A DNA stretch of 64,000 nt. It comes from the human T2T-CHM13v2.0 reference genome, Homo sapiens. The position numbers and the translations under genes are program-made. The number at the start of each line of letters is the position of its first letter. Within the stretch, counting starts at the first letter, position 1. The notes beneath the pieces are model-generated. The model was given only the letters and a program-made list of their open reading frames with translations, was not told where the DNA came from and did not search any database. Positions 28,390-40,760 of the stretch are shown here, piece after piece. Location of the stretch: NCBI RefSeq assembly GCF_009914755.1, contig NC_060940.1, one strand, 5' to 3'.

Positions 28390-29110
28390 AAGAAGGGGAC
28401 GGACCATTTAGATGACAAATGGGCTTCAGGGCGCTGTCAGAACTTCCAGGCGGCGGGGACTATTAACGGTCGGTCACATGGAGGCCGCCGCATCTGTGAT
28501 GGCAGAGCGGGTCGGTGGGTCCCCACTGCTGTGTTTACTGCTCCTTAATGTGGTATTGTTTACTCACAATTAAACCCTTTACCATTAATTTAACTTTCAG
28601 ATGCTGAAATTGGTCACACAGCCTCGAGTCCCAAGGCCCGGACAGATGTGTTCTATACACTTGTTTAAACACGGCGCTCATTAGGAGGTAATGCATGTAT
28701 GGCAAGTTGATTACACCACAAAGCAGGATGCTTTATCATGGGGGCCTCTCAGGAGGCGGCGGGAGGGGCGGTCAGCTGCTGCTGTCACTCTTCCCCCCTC
28801 GGATCCTGAGTGACGGCTCGGCCTGCCACCTCCTCAGCCGCCTGCTCGGAAGTACACAGCTTCCCGTCAGAGCGCCGCCGAGCTGCCTGGGAGGAGGTAT
28901 TAATTGTTGTCAGCCTCCATTTCACACCCCAGATAACAAACGAGAGCCACTCTGGCAGTGTTTAAGGAAGATAAACAAGTTTCCTGAGCCCCTGCAATGA
29001 AACACGCTTGCATATTTAACTGAGATGTTTCCTGTAAAAACGCAGGGCTGCCCTGAGCACGTTCGCACGGAGTGGCCCTTCCAGATGCCAGCAGCAGCGT
29101 CCTGTGACCT
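28390..29110. promoter_or_regulatory. orphan CpG-rich element with FOX/GATA motifs (candidate enhancer)
   Basis: locally high CpG density outside repeats; TGTTTAC at 28532 and 28557, TGTTTAAACA at 28662, AGATAA at 28931 and 28969. Confidence 0.6.
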
Positions 29111-29297
29111 GGAGGCTGCCCACCCCATGTGGCTCAGAAAGAGGCCCCACATTTGCAGAGTCTCTTAGTAAACCACATTTCTCCATCTTGATTCAAACAG
29201 ACATCAGAGTTCAGGGGGATGTGGAAAGAGCAGAACCTCTCTTACTATCTAGTAGGAAAAAGGTGGAGTACTGCAGTGGTTAAAAGAAAGGATTCCC

Positions 29298-29740
29298 GGG
29301 CTGGGCGTGGTGGCTTATGCCTGTAATACCAGCATTTTGGGACGCTGAGGCAGGAGGATTGCTTGAGTCCAGGAGTTCGAGATCAGCCCGGGGAACATAG
29401 CAAGACCCAGCCTCTACGAGAATGAAAAATAAATTAGTTGGGAGTGGTACTGAACGCCAGTAGTTCCAGCTATTCTAGAGGCTGAGGCCCGAGGATCCCT
29501 TGAGCCGAGGAGTTCAGGACCAGCCTGGACAGAAGAGCAAGACCTACAAAAAAATACAAAAATTAGCTGGGTGTGGTGACGCACGCCTGTAGTCCCAGCT
29601 ACTCTGGAGGCTGAAGCAGGAGGATCCCTTGAGCCCAGGAGTTTGAGGCTGCACTAAGCTAGGATCTTGCCACTGCACTTCAGCCTGGGTGACAGAGAAA
29701 GTTCCCATCTCTTTAAAATAAAATAAAATAAAATAAAAAA
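29298..29740 (+). mobile_element. trimeric AluJ-type element inserted in MIR
   Basis: three consecutive monomers separated by two A-rich linkers. Confidence 0.85.
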
Positions 29741-29970
29741 TTCTTGGAACCAGACTACCTGGATACAAATTCCGGATCTGTCTTTCTAAACTGGATTAGT
29801 TTGATCATCAAGTAACCCTTTGAGCCTCAGTTTTCTCATCTATAAAATAGCTATAGTAATAATACGTATCTCCTCTTCTGTTGTTATGAGCATTAGAGGC
29901 TTACATTATGGCACTGTGCCTGACCCATGGTAAACGGTGAGAAAATGCTAGTATTGTTAATAATTATGAG
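29741..29970 (+). mobile_element. MIR (5' part at about 29270-29297)
   Basis: gagcctcagttttctcatctataaaat. Confidence 0.82.
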
Positions 29971-30103
29971 ACTATAATAACCATCTCATAATAATAATGA
30001 TGAGGTTATCAAATGTTACTTTTACCTTTCAATAAACAAAATTGCTTAGGAATAGATGGTTAAAGGGACTAGTTATAGGTCATCCCTAAACTGAGTGCTG
30101 TGA

Positions 30104-30638
<535 letters not shown>

Positions 30639-30814
30639 ATTGTACTTCTTTTAATGTGGCTCTGCAGCAAAGTCCCGAATCCACCATTACATAGTAGCCT
30701 GTCCCTCCGTTCCCTGCCTCGGGTGCCTCCCCAACCCCAGCTATGCAAGGGAACTAGGCAGCTGGGATGGACACTCCCTGCTACCCTGTCCTGGTCACAT
30801 AAAGGAAAGAATAA

Positions 30815-31213
<399 letters not shown>

Positions 31214-31319
31214 ACAAACATCTCTTGGGCATCTACATGCAGTGTTCTAGGTACTGCCATTTGATACTCTGTCCTGGGCATCTTATCCTTGTTGGGTAAG
31301 TCCAAACCATAGCCCTTTT

Positions 31320-31655
31320 ATCACTGGGCCTTTCCACATGTCCCTTCTGCTGCAAGAACCACTTCTACTGAGACCTACACCCTTTCTGCCTCACAGGCTC
31401 CCAGGACTTGGCTTTTCCTGACCTACTTGACTGTGGGGCAGATCTTTCTGTCTTAGGTCCTCAGAGCACTCTCTTTTTTCCTTTGTAGCATCTTTCAAAA
31501 TACTCATTATCTGAGGAATTATCTGTTTAATTTCCACATTCCCAGTGAAGATGGGGGCTGTCTGTCTTGTTTACCCCATCACGCCAGCACCTAGGACTCC
31601 ACTTGCAGATGCTCAAGAGATGTTTGTGACACTGCGGTGAATCATAAGAATGAGT
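31320..31655 (+). mobile_element. degraded L2 3' end
   Basis: gggctgtctgtcttgtttacc...cagcacctagg...agatgctcaagagatgtttgt...gaatgagt. Confidence 0.6.
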
Positions 31656-31849
31656 CAGACCATTTTCCTTAGGGATCTGGAGAGAGGGAAAATCCTTATG
31701 ATTCCTCGTGGCCTCTTTATTCTTTCCTTTATGTGGCTCAGTGATGATGACACTGCTCCGTTGCCTCCGTTTCCTTGTGGGAGAAGGAGGTAGGGAAGGG
31801 TTAAAGTGGACTTGCCCCAGATCAGGCGTTTGCGGTGCCCCTTCTGGAG

Positions 31850-33600
31850 GTCTGCAAGTCATCACTTTTGCCTTCAGCCGCGCTGACACCACCAACTGCC
31901 CAAGAACCCGCGATGATTTGTCCTTGGACAATGCAGAGGATGTGGCTCTGTCTTGTGGGTACATTTCAGGGAGGTGGGACCTTCACTTATTTGTCTCCAC
32001 AGCTGCTTCCTCTGGGCTTTGTGGTTGCCCATTTGCCGCCTTCTCATCCGATCGCGTTACCCTTAATAACCATCGCCCTGGCAGGAGAGGGGTGCCGAAT
32101 TCCGTCTCCTGCGTGCCTGCGTGTGTAATGTGCCGAGCAAGTGATCCTAATGATGCATTCAGCACACCACTCCCCAAAGACCCGGCTTCCAGCTTATCCA
32201 AATCCATTTATATTCCCGCTCGGACCTTTGGGATCAAAATTCCTGACCCTTTTGTAAAAAGCAAAAACACCGTTTGAAAAAAACAGAAGAGGGAGGTGAA
32301 ATTCCCCAAGCTTTCATTTCCCTTCATGGTTGAACTTCGATGACTCAAGTCATTTGCAGTCAATCTATTTCGCTGACTTGTCCTGCTGACTGCCAGGAGG
32401 TCAACATTTCTGACTTTGCCCCTCCAGGGGCAGCATGTGGTCCCAGCTGGTTGTGCTGTGCTGTGGTGGGAATGGGGGCTGGGGGAGGTGGCTGTGTCAT
32501 CTGGAAGCTACGTTGGGGGCTCTCTTCTTTTGCACTGGAGCTTCACATTCTGCAAAGATGATACTTCCAGGATAGTGCTTTTGTTTGCTGTTTGTGTTGG
32601 GTGGGATTAGCTCTGATTACATATTAATAACCTAGAGCACTATCTAGTAATTAGATGTTATCTTCCAGATGTTTAAAAGAAACCTTTAATATTTTAAGCT
32701 GCTTGGAGTTCTCTTGGCACTTTATTAAAATGGATGGAATTTAAAATGGGAGTCGGTGGTGAAGGTTTTTCTAGATTCTCTTGTTGGTCTAAGACCCCAC
32801 GGCCCAGGGTATCTATGAAAGAACCCAAAGCATTTATTGTGGTAGCCCCTATTTGGGAACAATTGGGGCAGCCACCCATTCAATGGGTGGCAGAGAGACG
32901 GCCACGGCACTTCTGGCCCCTGTCAATCGGCTGGGGCAGCCCATTGATTTCTTTGAACCACTTGAGTGAATCTCTCAGAAGTTCCCCTCCTCTGAATCCC
33001 ACACAATCGCCTGTTCTCTCTTTATTAGGCGCTTTGAGGGACAGCCTCGTCTACACCTGCCTTTGAAGGGGCCCCCACCACGGTTTTAATGACCTCCATC
33101 CGTCAAAGGAAAAGTTCAGAGTTCATTCTTTTGTCCAAGTCCCAGCAACTGAGGAGTTGAGGGTGCTGGCTGGTCCAGGCTCTTTAAGTCACCCGCCTGA
33201 AAACTTTCCCTGTGACCCGGCTCATGTCAAAACAGCGAGCTGGCCGCTCTGGCCATTGTCATCGGAATAAGGGCTAAGTGATGCTGCTTGGTCATTACGT
33301 GTGCCCTGATTGGCAATCAGGGTACAATAGGGGGTCATTAAAGGCCATAAAACTGCCAAAGCTCTGAAAAGGGGATTTTGAATGGAGCCAGAAGGCTCTG
33401 GGAGCCTGCCTTTGCCGTGCCTTCAAGGAGAGGGGGTTTGAATTGATCTGGGGGGAAAAGTCAGCTTGGTCTAGATTAAGAAGTGTCTCCCCTGTGACAT
33501 CAGAACGAACTGATCTCCTGGTGTCATCTTCCTAGTGCTCGTTCCTCCATTCTTAAATGAGATCCACCAGGAGCAACAACGCAATTCACACGTTGTGAAG
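31850..33600. promoter_or_regulatory. candidate enhancer cluster
   Basis: no repeat recognised, CpG-enriched patches, palindromes at 32871 and 33300, HOX/SOX/PBX-MEIS motifs. Confidence 0.5.
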
Positions 33601-33686
33601 TAAAGGCTGGCGGGATAAGGCTTTATACAAGGAGGTGAAAGTTAGTCATAAATATATAAATGCTTATTGGATTAAAGACTCATCAT

Positions 33687-33991
33687 GGCCCGGCACAATG
33701 GCTCATGCCTGCAATCCCAGCACTTTGGGAGGCCGAGGCAGTGGATCACTTGAGGTCAGGAGATAGAGACCAGCCTGGCCAAAGTGGTGAAATCCATTCT
33801 CTACAAAAATACAAAAATTAGATGGGCGTGGTGGCACATGCCTGTAATCTCAGCTACTCGGGAGGCTGAGACAGGAGAATTTCTTGAACCCAGAAGCAGA
33901 GGTTGCAGTGAGTTGAGATCATGCCACTGCACTCCAGCCTAGGTAACAAAGCAAGACTGTCTCAAAAAAATAAAATAAAATAAAATAAAAT
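33687..33991 (+). mobile_element. AluS
   Basis: full dimer, (TAAAA)n tail. Confidence 0.95.
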
Positions 33992-34056
33992 AGTAATCAT
34001 GCATTTATGTATGTATATAGCTCTCTATAATGAAAGAGGTAGTTCTTATGGAGCAT

Positions 34057-34341
34057 TCATTTTATTTATTTATTTAGAGACAGGGTCTCACTGTGTCACT
34101 CAGGCTGGAGTGCAGTGGCGTGATCACCGCTCACTGCAGCCTCCAACTCCCTCCTCAGCCTCCTGAGTAGCTGGGACTACAGGCATGTACCGCCACGTCC
34201 AGCTAATTTTTAAGAAGAATTTTTGTAGAGATGGCGTCTCACTATGTTGCCCAGGCTGGTCTTGAACTTTGGCCTCCAGCAATCCTCCTTCCTTGGCCTC
34301 CCAACGTGCTGTGATGACAGGCATGAGCCACTGCACCTGGC
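34057..34341 (-). mobile_element. AluJ with small internal deletion
   Basis: gtgatcaccgctcactgcagcctcc; (TTTA)n tail. Confidence 0.92.
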
Positions 34342-34559
34342 GTGAACACTCATTTTGTATCAGGCCTTGTTCCAGGTTTTTACAGGTGTTAACTTAGTTA
34401 AACTTCACACCAACCCATGGAGGTAGGTTAGCATGACATATAACTAGAAAAGACATTCTTGTAAAACTGCCTCTGCATGGCCTGGCTTGAAAAGGAACCA
34501 TGGAAAGAGAACGGGTGTCTTTTTTCTTAAGTAAAGATGATGGTAGCATTAAAAGTTTC

Positions 34560-34990
34560 GTTGTCTTGAGTCTACTGTGTGCTAGGCACAGGCAGTATCT
34601 CATTTAATCCTCATGCCCATGGAATCGATACTGTTATCATTCCTGTTTTATAAGAATTAACACTATGAAAACTGAAGTGCAAAGAAGGGTGATGTGGATG
34701 GCATGCAGGTACCGCCCAACCCCAGGGGGTGCCGACACATCTGTTAACTTGGGAGTGACATCTCCTGCAATTATGCAACTTTGTGGCCCTGCTGGGATTC
34801 GTGACAGCTTGACTGCCTGTGTCTTCAACCATCATGTCCCATGTGGCATAGGGATCCTAGATTAGGCTTCAGCCGGTGTGGGTCCTAGATCCTACCCTGC
34901 TGTGCAGCCTTGGACAAAACACTTTACCTCTCTGTGTCTCAGGCTTCTCAGCTGAAAGTAAGGCTGGGTGGGACTTGGACTAGTCTTGAG
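34560..34990. mobile_element. MIR fragments (minus then plus)
   Basis: ctcatttaatcctca...gaaaactgaag; ctctctgtgtctcaggcttctcagctg. Confidence 0.65.
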
Positions 34991-35470
34991 TTGCTCAAAT
35001 TGGGCTCTTCTCTCCCTTGGGATAAAGCCAGGAGATACACATGGGTCATCTTTTGAGATTGTCTGTTTCATTCCCGGGCAAGTAATTAAAAACATTTTTC
35101 TGTTTTCTTAGCAACATATTTTGCAGTAGAATACAAAACCCCTGTGAATTTTTCAGATTAAAAATGAGTCTTTATGGAAGTTTGACATTTGCTCTGTATG
35201 CCACTGGGCTCTTTCCACGACCCCCAAGATCTCCCAGGGCTACTGCTCCCTCCCCTCTGCCTACAGGGGGGCTTTTGAATAAAAGTGTAGGATCCTGCAC
35301 ATCGCCTGGCATGAGGACAGCTTGAAATCTTTTTGAGCTAGCCTACTGGTTGGATAAGGACAGATAAGGAGCAGGGATCCTCTTGGTCTTCCAAATGGAG
35401 CTCCCAAACCCTGCTGGGGACATCAATGAGAAAATGCACTGTAAACTGTAAATGTAGTCATAAATGGGGG

Positions 35471-35901
35471 TGATATGGTTTGAACGTTTGTCCCCTCCAA
35501 ATCTTGTGTTGAAATGTGATCCCCAATGTTAGAGGCGGGGTCTGGTGGGAGGCGTTGGGCCATGGGGGTGGATCCCTCATGAATGGCTTGGTGGTCTCCT
35601 TAAGGTAATGCGTGAGTTCTCACTCATTTAGCTCACACAAAGTCTGGTTGTTTAAAAGTGCGTGGCACCTCCCTCCTCTCTCTCTCTCTCTCTTGCTCCT
35701 GCTCTTGCCATGTGACACCACCTGCCCTCCCTTTGCCTTCTATCTGATCAGAAGCTTCCTGAGGTCTTCACCAGAAGCCGAGCCGATGCTGCTATGCTTC
35801 CTGTACAGCCTGCAGAACTGTGAGCCAATTAAACCTCTTTTCTTTATAAATTATCCAGCCTCAGGTATTTCTTCATAGTGATGCAAGAATAGACTAACAC
35901 A
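35471..35901 (+). mobile_element. MSTB-like solo LTR
   Basis: tgatatggtttg...gtcccctccaaatc...aattaaacctcttttctttataaattatccag...gactaacaca. Confidence 0.92.
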
Positions 35902-35979
35902 GAAGGGTGAGCCCAAGCTGAGATGGCTGGGGATTCCCGAGGTTGTAGCCCCAAGTTCCATTTAGGGTTAGGAGGAGGG

Positions 35980-36200
35980 GCTCTAGGGACTGGGAGAGAT
36001 TCTGGCTCCACACAGGACTAGCTCTGGGACCCTGTGCAGAAGATGAGTTCTCTGAACCTCTGTGTCCTTATCTGTACTAGAGGAATAATCAGAGTGCCCA
36101 CTGCCTAGGGTCACAAGGGTTAAGTGAGAAAATCTATGCAAGGCACTTAGAACAGAACTTATATCATAAATGCTCAATAAACATCAGGCATCATGACTAT
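35980..36200 (+). mobile_element. MIR
   Basis: gcacttagaacag...aaatgctcaataaa. Confidence 0.75.
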
Positions 36201-36391
36201 CATCATCATGGTGTTTTATCTCTGCAGTTAAAACCATTCCTTTAAAGAGCTGAACACCTCTCCTCATCTGTGGTCCTTATGAAGTCTGCCCTCTGACTCA
36301 GAAAGATAAAAGAGAAAATAAAAGAAAGAAAAAGAGGAAGAAAGAGAGAAATAATGTGTACTCTTATGCTCTTTTTACTTTGTTCAAGATT

Positions 36392-36539
36392 CTTTCTTTC
36401 TTTCTTTCTTTCTTTCTTGGTAGAGATGGGGTCTCTCTATGTTGCCCAGGATGGTCTCAAACTCCTGGACTCAAGCTGTCTGCCCACCTTGGCCTCTCAA
36501 AGTGCTTGGATTACAGGCATAAGCCACTGCAGTCTGCCC
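36392..36539 (-). mobile_element. FLAM / Alu left monomer
   Basis: single arm; TSD tgttcaag(a/g)ttcttt. Confidence 0.88.
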
Positions 36540-37289
36540 TGTTCAAGGTTCTTTTGGAATTATTTTTTCCCCTTTAATTTTACATTTGGAGCCATTGAGA
36601 ATCGGTCTCACTTTCTATCTCTTTGTTGGGTTATTTAGAGTCTGTGTGTCCATCTGTCTCTCAGACACGATCTTTCCCTCTCTGAGTCTCTTAGAATCTC
36701 CCTCCTCTCTCTCTCTTGGTTGGGGAGTGTGTGATTTCCTTTGAATCTCTGGGCGCAACCTTTCTTCCTCCTCATTGTAGGGGTTGGGGCCTCAAGGATG
36801 GAGAGAGGGGAGGCATTTTGGGGTGAAGCCATTCTCTGGTGGTGGGGAGCCTGGGGCCTCTGTGCCATGTGAAGCACCTAGTCTGCCCCACACTGATTTG
36901 CCCAGGAGACTTCCGGAATGTGAAGGAGCCACCCTGGGCCTTCTTTCTCCTGCCTGAGTGAGGCCAGACTTGCCTATGTAGATGGAGATTCCCCATGATG
37001 TCCTCCTTCCCTCCGGGAATTTTCCAAAGCACATTTGTCTCCCTCTGTGAGACAAACAGGATTTCCTGCACTCCAGTCCAAGTTATGAATGCCCAGAACA
37101 CGACACCGTTTAAAATCTTATCAATCTTGCATCCTACTCCCTTGAATAAATGGGGATGGAACCTGGCATGGACATTTGCTTAAGTTTGCATTATCCCAAT
37201 GATGCCTTTGGGAAAAGGACCAATCGACTTCCTGCTTGGGATAATCTGAAAATGGACTGAGCTTGCCAGTTTGCTCTTGGTCCTATCAG

Positions 37290-37430
37290 AGGGATGAAGA
37301 TCTATAGATTCTGATCTGGTCTGGCCCCTTTCTTGCTGTGTGACCTTGGGCCTTTCCCTTTCCTTGCCTAAGCCCTAGTTTGGTCATCTGTAAAATGAAG
37401 AAGTTGAACTCTCTAAGGCCTCTTCTATAA
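37290..37430 (+). mobile_element. MIR
   Basis: gctgtgtgaccttgggc...catctgtaaaatgaa. Confidence 0.75.
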
Positions 37431-37649
37431 TAGCTTTAATAGTCAATTTTCAATATTCCTTTGTTCATTTATTCAACACATATTTACTTGGCACCTACTA
37501 TGTGTTAGGCAGTGTAGTCACTGAATGAATGCATCAGTGAATAATAATAATGTTTCAGCTTCCATGGAAGTAAGGAAATCTAAAAGTCTAGATGGAAGGA
37601 AGGAGAGTTGGGGACAAGGAGAAGGAATGAGGAAAACCAGTGAGGAGAG

Positions 37650-37790
37650 TTTATAGGAAGGCAGATTTCAGATCAGTTATTAGACTTGCCCACAAAAAGA
37701 GCTATCCCAATGAGACGAGATTCCACATGAAGAGCTGAGTTCCCCAGCAGTAGAAGTGTTCAGGGATGTCAGAATGACAACCCACCAGAT
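37650..37790 (+). mobile_element. L3/CR1 3' fragment
   Basis: gaaggcagatttcag...gagttccccagcagtagaagtgttcag. Confidence 0.55.
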
Positions 37791-37829
37791 CTGTGCAGGT
37801 AATTCCCCCAATGAGAGGCTAAGAGCTGG

Positions 37830-38290
37830 CCAGGGGAAGGGCTTGGAAGGGTAGTTTTAGGCACAAGGAACAGCATGTGTGAAAGAAATCTGGGAGACCA
37901 TGTGGGACCCTGCACACAGGGTCAGGTTTCATCCCAAGGGTGATGGACGAGTTTCAAGCAGAGTGGTGAAATGATCAGAATTCTAGGAAAGATGTGTTGA
38001 CTGCAGAGAGGTGAGTGGGTGAGAAGGAGAAAGCCTGGGGCAGGAAGGCAATCTTTAGGAGTCTGATAGGGTAGTCTGGGTGAGAGATAACACTCTTTGA
38101 GCCAAGAAGGCATCTGTGTGATTAGAGAGGAGGGACAGGTGCTAAACACAAAGAGGAGGTGAGTGCCAGGGTGCTGGGTGACTGACTGATTGGCCAAAGG
38201 TTCAAGGAAGAGAGAGGAGTGAAAGACAATACATGGGACCAAAAGTTCACATGGGTAGATCATTGTGAACTGATTTTGATTTTGAAACAG
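37830..38290 (-). mobile_element. L2 fragment
   Basis: aggcacaaggaacagcatgtg...aagcagagtggtgaaatgatcaga...ggttcaaggaagagagaggagt. Confidence 0.7.
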
Positions 38291-39040
38291 TCACCTTTGG
38301 AAGTTAACTAGAGGGAAGTGGGTGATCTCTTTTTATAGGAAAAGGTGCTAGCAGGTGATAAGGAAAGTATTGACGAACTGGTACAAGGTGTGCGAGCCAA
38401 ACTATCAGAACAGCTCAGGCTACCGTTGCAAAATACTATAGACCATGGAGGCTTCAAACATAGAAATGTATTTTCTCATGGTACTGGAGGCTGGAAGCCA
38501 GAGATGAAGGTGCTAGCAGGGTTGGTTTCTGTTGAGGTCTTTTTTTTCCCTCTTGTAGATGGTGCCTTCTTGATGCATCCTCATATGGCAGCCTCTTAAA
38601 AACTGGGATTCCTAGGCCAGGTGCAGTGGCTCATGCCTGTAATCCCAGCACTCTGGGAGGCCAAAGCAGGCAGATCACTTGAGGTTAGGAGTTCAAGACC
38701 AGCCTGGCCAGCATGGTGAAACTCCACCTTTACTAAAACTACAAAAAAATTAGCTAGGTGTAGTGGTGGGTGCCTGCAATCCCAGCTACTCACGAGGCTG
38801 AAGCCAGAGAATCACCTGAACCTGGGAAGTAGAGGTTGCAGTGAGCCAAGATGGCACCACTGCACTCCATCCTGGGCGACCGAGCCAGACTCCATCTCAA
38901 ACAAAAACAAAAACAAAAACAAAAACAAAAACAAAAACAAAAACTGGGCTTCCCACTCCAGGGTTTCTCTTTCCCACCTACTCACCTCTCTGTAGTCAAC
39001 ACAACTTTTCTAGAACTCTGATCATTTCGCTATCCTGCCT
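37956..39040. repeat. local inverted duplication 2 (37956-38060 copied into MLT1 at about 38590-39040, Alu-interrupted)
   Basis: 37968-38047 vs reverse complement of 38949-39028: 69/80 identical, ungapped. Confidence 0.92.
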
Positions 39041-39268
39041 GCCTTTTCTCTATATGTGGGTGGAAAGAGAGAAAGTACACAATCTGGTGAGTCTTCCTCA
39101 TGTTATAAGAACACCAGTCTTGTTGGTGTCCCAATAGGACTCATTTATGTGTGACCCCATCGTTTTGACCTCATTTAATTATCTCCCTAACGGTCCTATA
39201 TCTGGTCATATTGGAGGTGAGGGCTTCAACATACATATCTTGAGGTGGACACAGTTCAGTCCATGTCA
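38398..39268 (-). mobile_element. MLT1A-like LTR, interrupted
   Basis: tggaggctggaag...gggttggtttct...ttataagaacaccagtc...gggcttcaacata...cacagttcagtcca. Confidence 0.85.
38616..38943 (+). mobile_element. AluS with (AAAAAC)n tail
   Basis: TSD aaaactggg(a/c)ttcc(t/c)a. Confidence 0.95.
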
Positions 39269-39559
39269 GCTTGCCTGTCCCTGGAGTGCTGGGCATTAAG
39301 CACTTAGTTGCTGATATGGGGACATCTGGAGATCCGAGGAAGGGTAGGGTGCCCAGGCAGTGGGCATGGGCACTGAGAGGCCAACATATTTACCAACTGG
39401 CATGGAAATATTTTAGCTTCTAACAACTTGGTAAGGCTTCACTTGTACAGACCCCACAAATTCCAGCCCTGTGTGGGCCGCATGGAACAGCATGTGGCAA
39501 GTTGTGCCAAGCCACCAGGAACAAGATGTCATAGAGCCAAAAATCAACTGGGGTGGTGG

Positions 39560-40760
39560 TGATGGTGTTGGGAGTGGCCTTTAAAATGCAGATTAAATAT
39601 TTGCTTTTAAAAGTATTAAGACTCAGTGCGTGGTCCATGGTTGCCTTTTAAGAGAGTAACTTGGTATTTTTTTTTCTCCTTGGACTAAATATCTGTCTTG
39701 ATGAGTGTAAGGGAGTCACCGCATTGAACATCAAAATCCTCATTACTAACAAGAAGGAAGCATTTCTTTCCCCTCTCACTCTGTCATAAGCCCAACCTTA
39801 TCTGGAAGGACCTCTGTCCCCAGAGCTGTAAAACAAGCTCTTTTTCTAAGCTAACGGTGCACAATAGTGTCAAATTATGTATAATGATTTTGTAATGTGA
39901 ACTAATGCCACCAGGGACCTTGCGGAAAGTACCACTTTCATTAAACTTATCCAGAAACAGGGTCTGAATATGAATTTAGAGGTGGTGGTAAATTGCAAGG
40001 CGCATTTATTTTAAGCATCTGCCGGCTGCTCTCAGATGCAAAGACTCATCGGGCAGAAATCAACAGCTCGGGTGCATCTGGGTTTCTTGGTGCGGCAGTG
40101 GGATGAGGCAAGAGTGATTTATTCCCTCCCTTCTCTTCACCCCGGGACCTCAAGCCTTGTGAGATTCTCCGCCAGCAGATGCTGGGGCTGCCGGCCCCTC
40201 TTTGTTTGAGACATGCTCACCTATCCAGGAAAGTTCTCCCACCCTTCCAATGGATCAGAGAGGGCATCTGGGCATGGCCTCAGAATTAATGAGACCTCCA
40301 ATTACATTTATTTGCTCCAAGGAATTGTACTCAGCACTGACCCCATATATCAGATTTTCCCCACCCCCTTAGTGTTTCTTCAGAAGAAGTAGCTAATTAT
40401 AAGAAAATCATACCCAGGAAGGACAAATAGAAGAGACCTCAGAAGAAAATACCAGGGAAATGCCACCTCTCCAGCCCAGAGCCTGGTCCATGAACCCCAC
40501 TCTGGAAGTCGTTCTTGCCTTCCCTGTGACCTGATAGAGCCAAACTCCACCTGTGTTCAGGCCACCACCACCAAGAGATGAGAGAGAAGACAATACTAAT
40601 CAAAACTAACCCATGCCATTTTTCCGACTCTGCTAATCTTAATTGAATCAATCTCCCAGCCTCTCTTGACAGTGAAAGATTGCTCAAATCTGGGAGGCCA
40701 GGCTGGACACGACTCCTAGAAGAAAAAAAATCTTCCTTAATCATTAATTTGTCCATTCCC
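39560..40760. promoter_or_regulatory. candidate enhancer block(s)
   Basis: no repeat recognised; ACAATAG, TGTCAAATTATG, TCATTAAA, TAATCTTAATTG, TGACAG motifs. Confidence 0.42.

Noticed and set aside
31708-32277. 189-aa ORF
   Set aside because: Non-ATG start, no recognisable protein features; expected by chance in GC-rich DNA
38342-38520. 14-bp direct repeat aaggtgctagcagg at 38342 and 38507
   Set aside because: Short and isolated; no larger duplication visible
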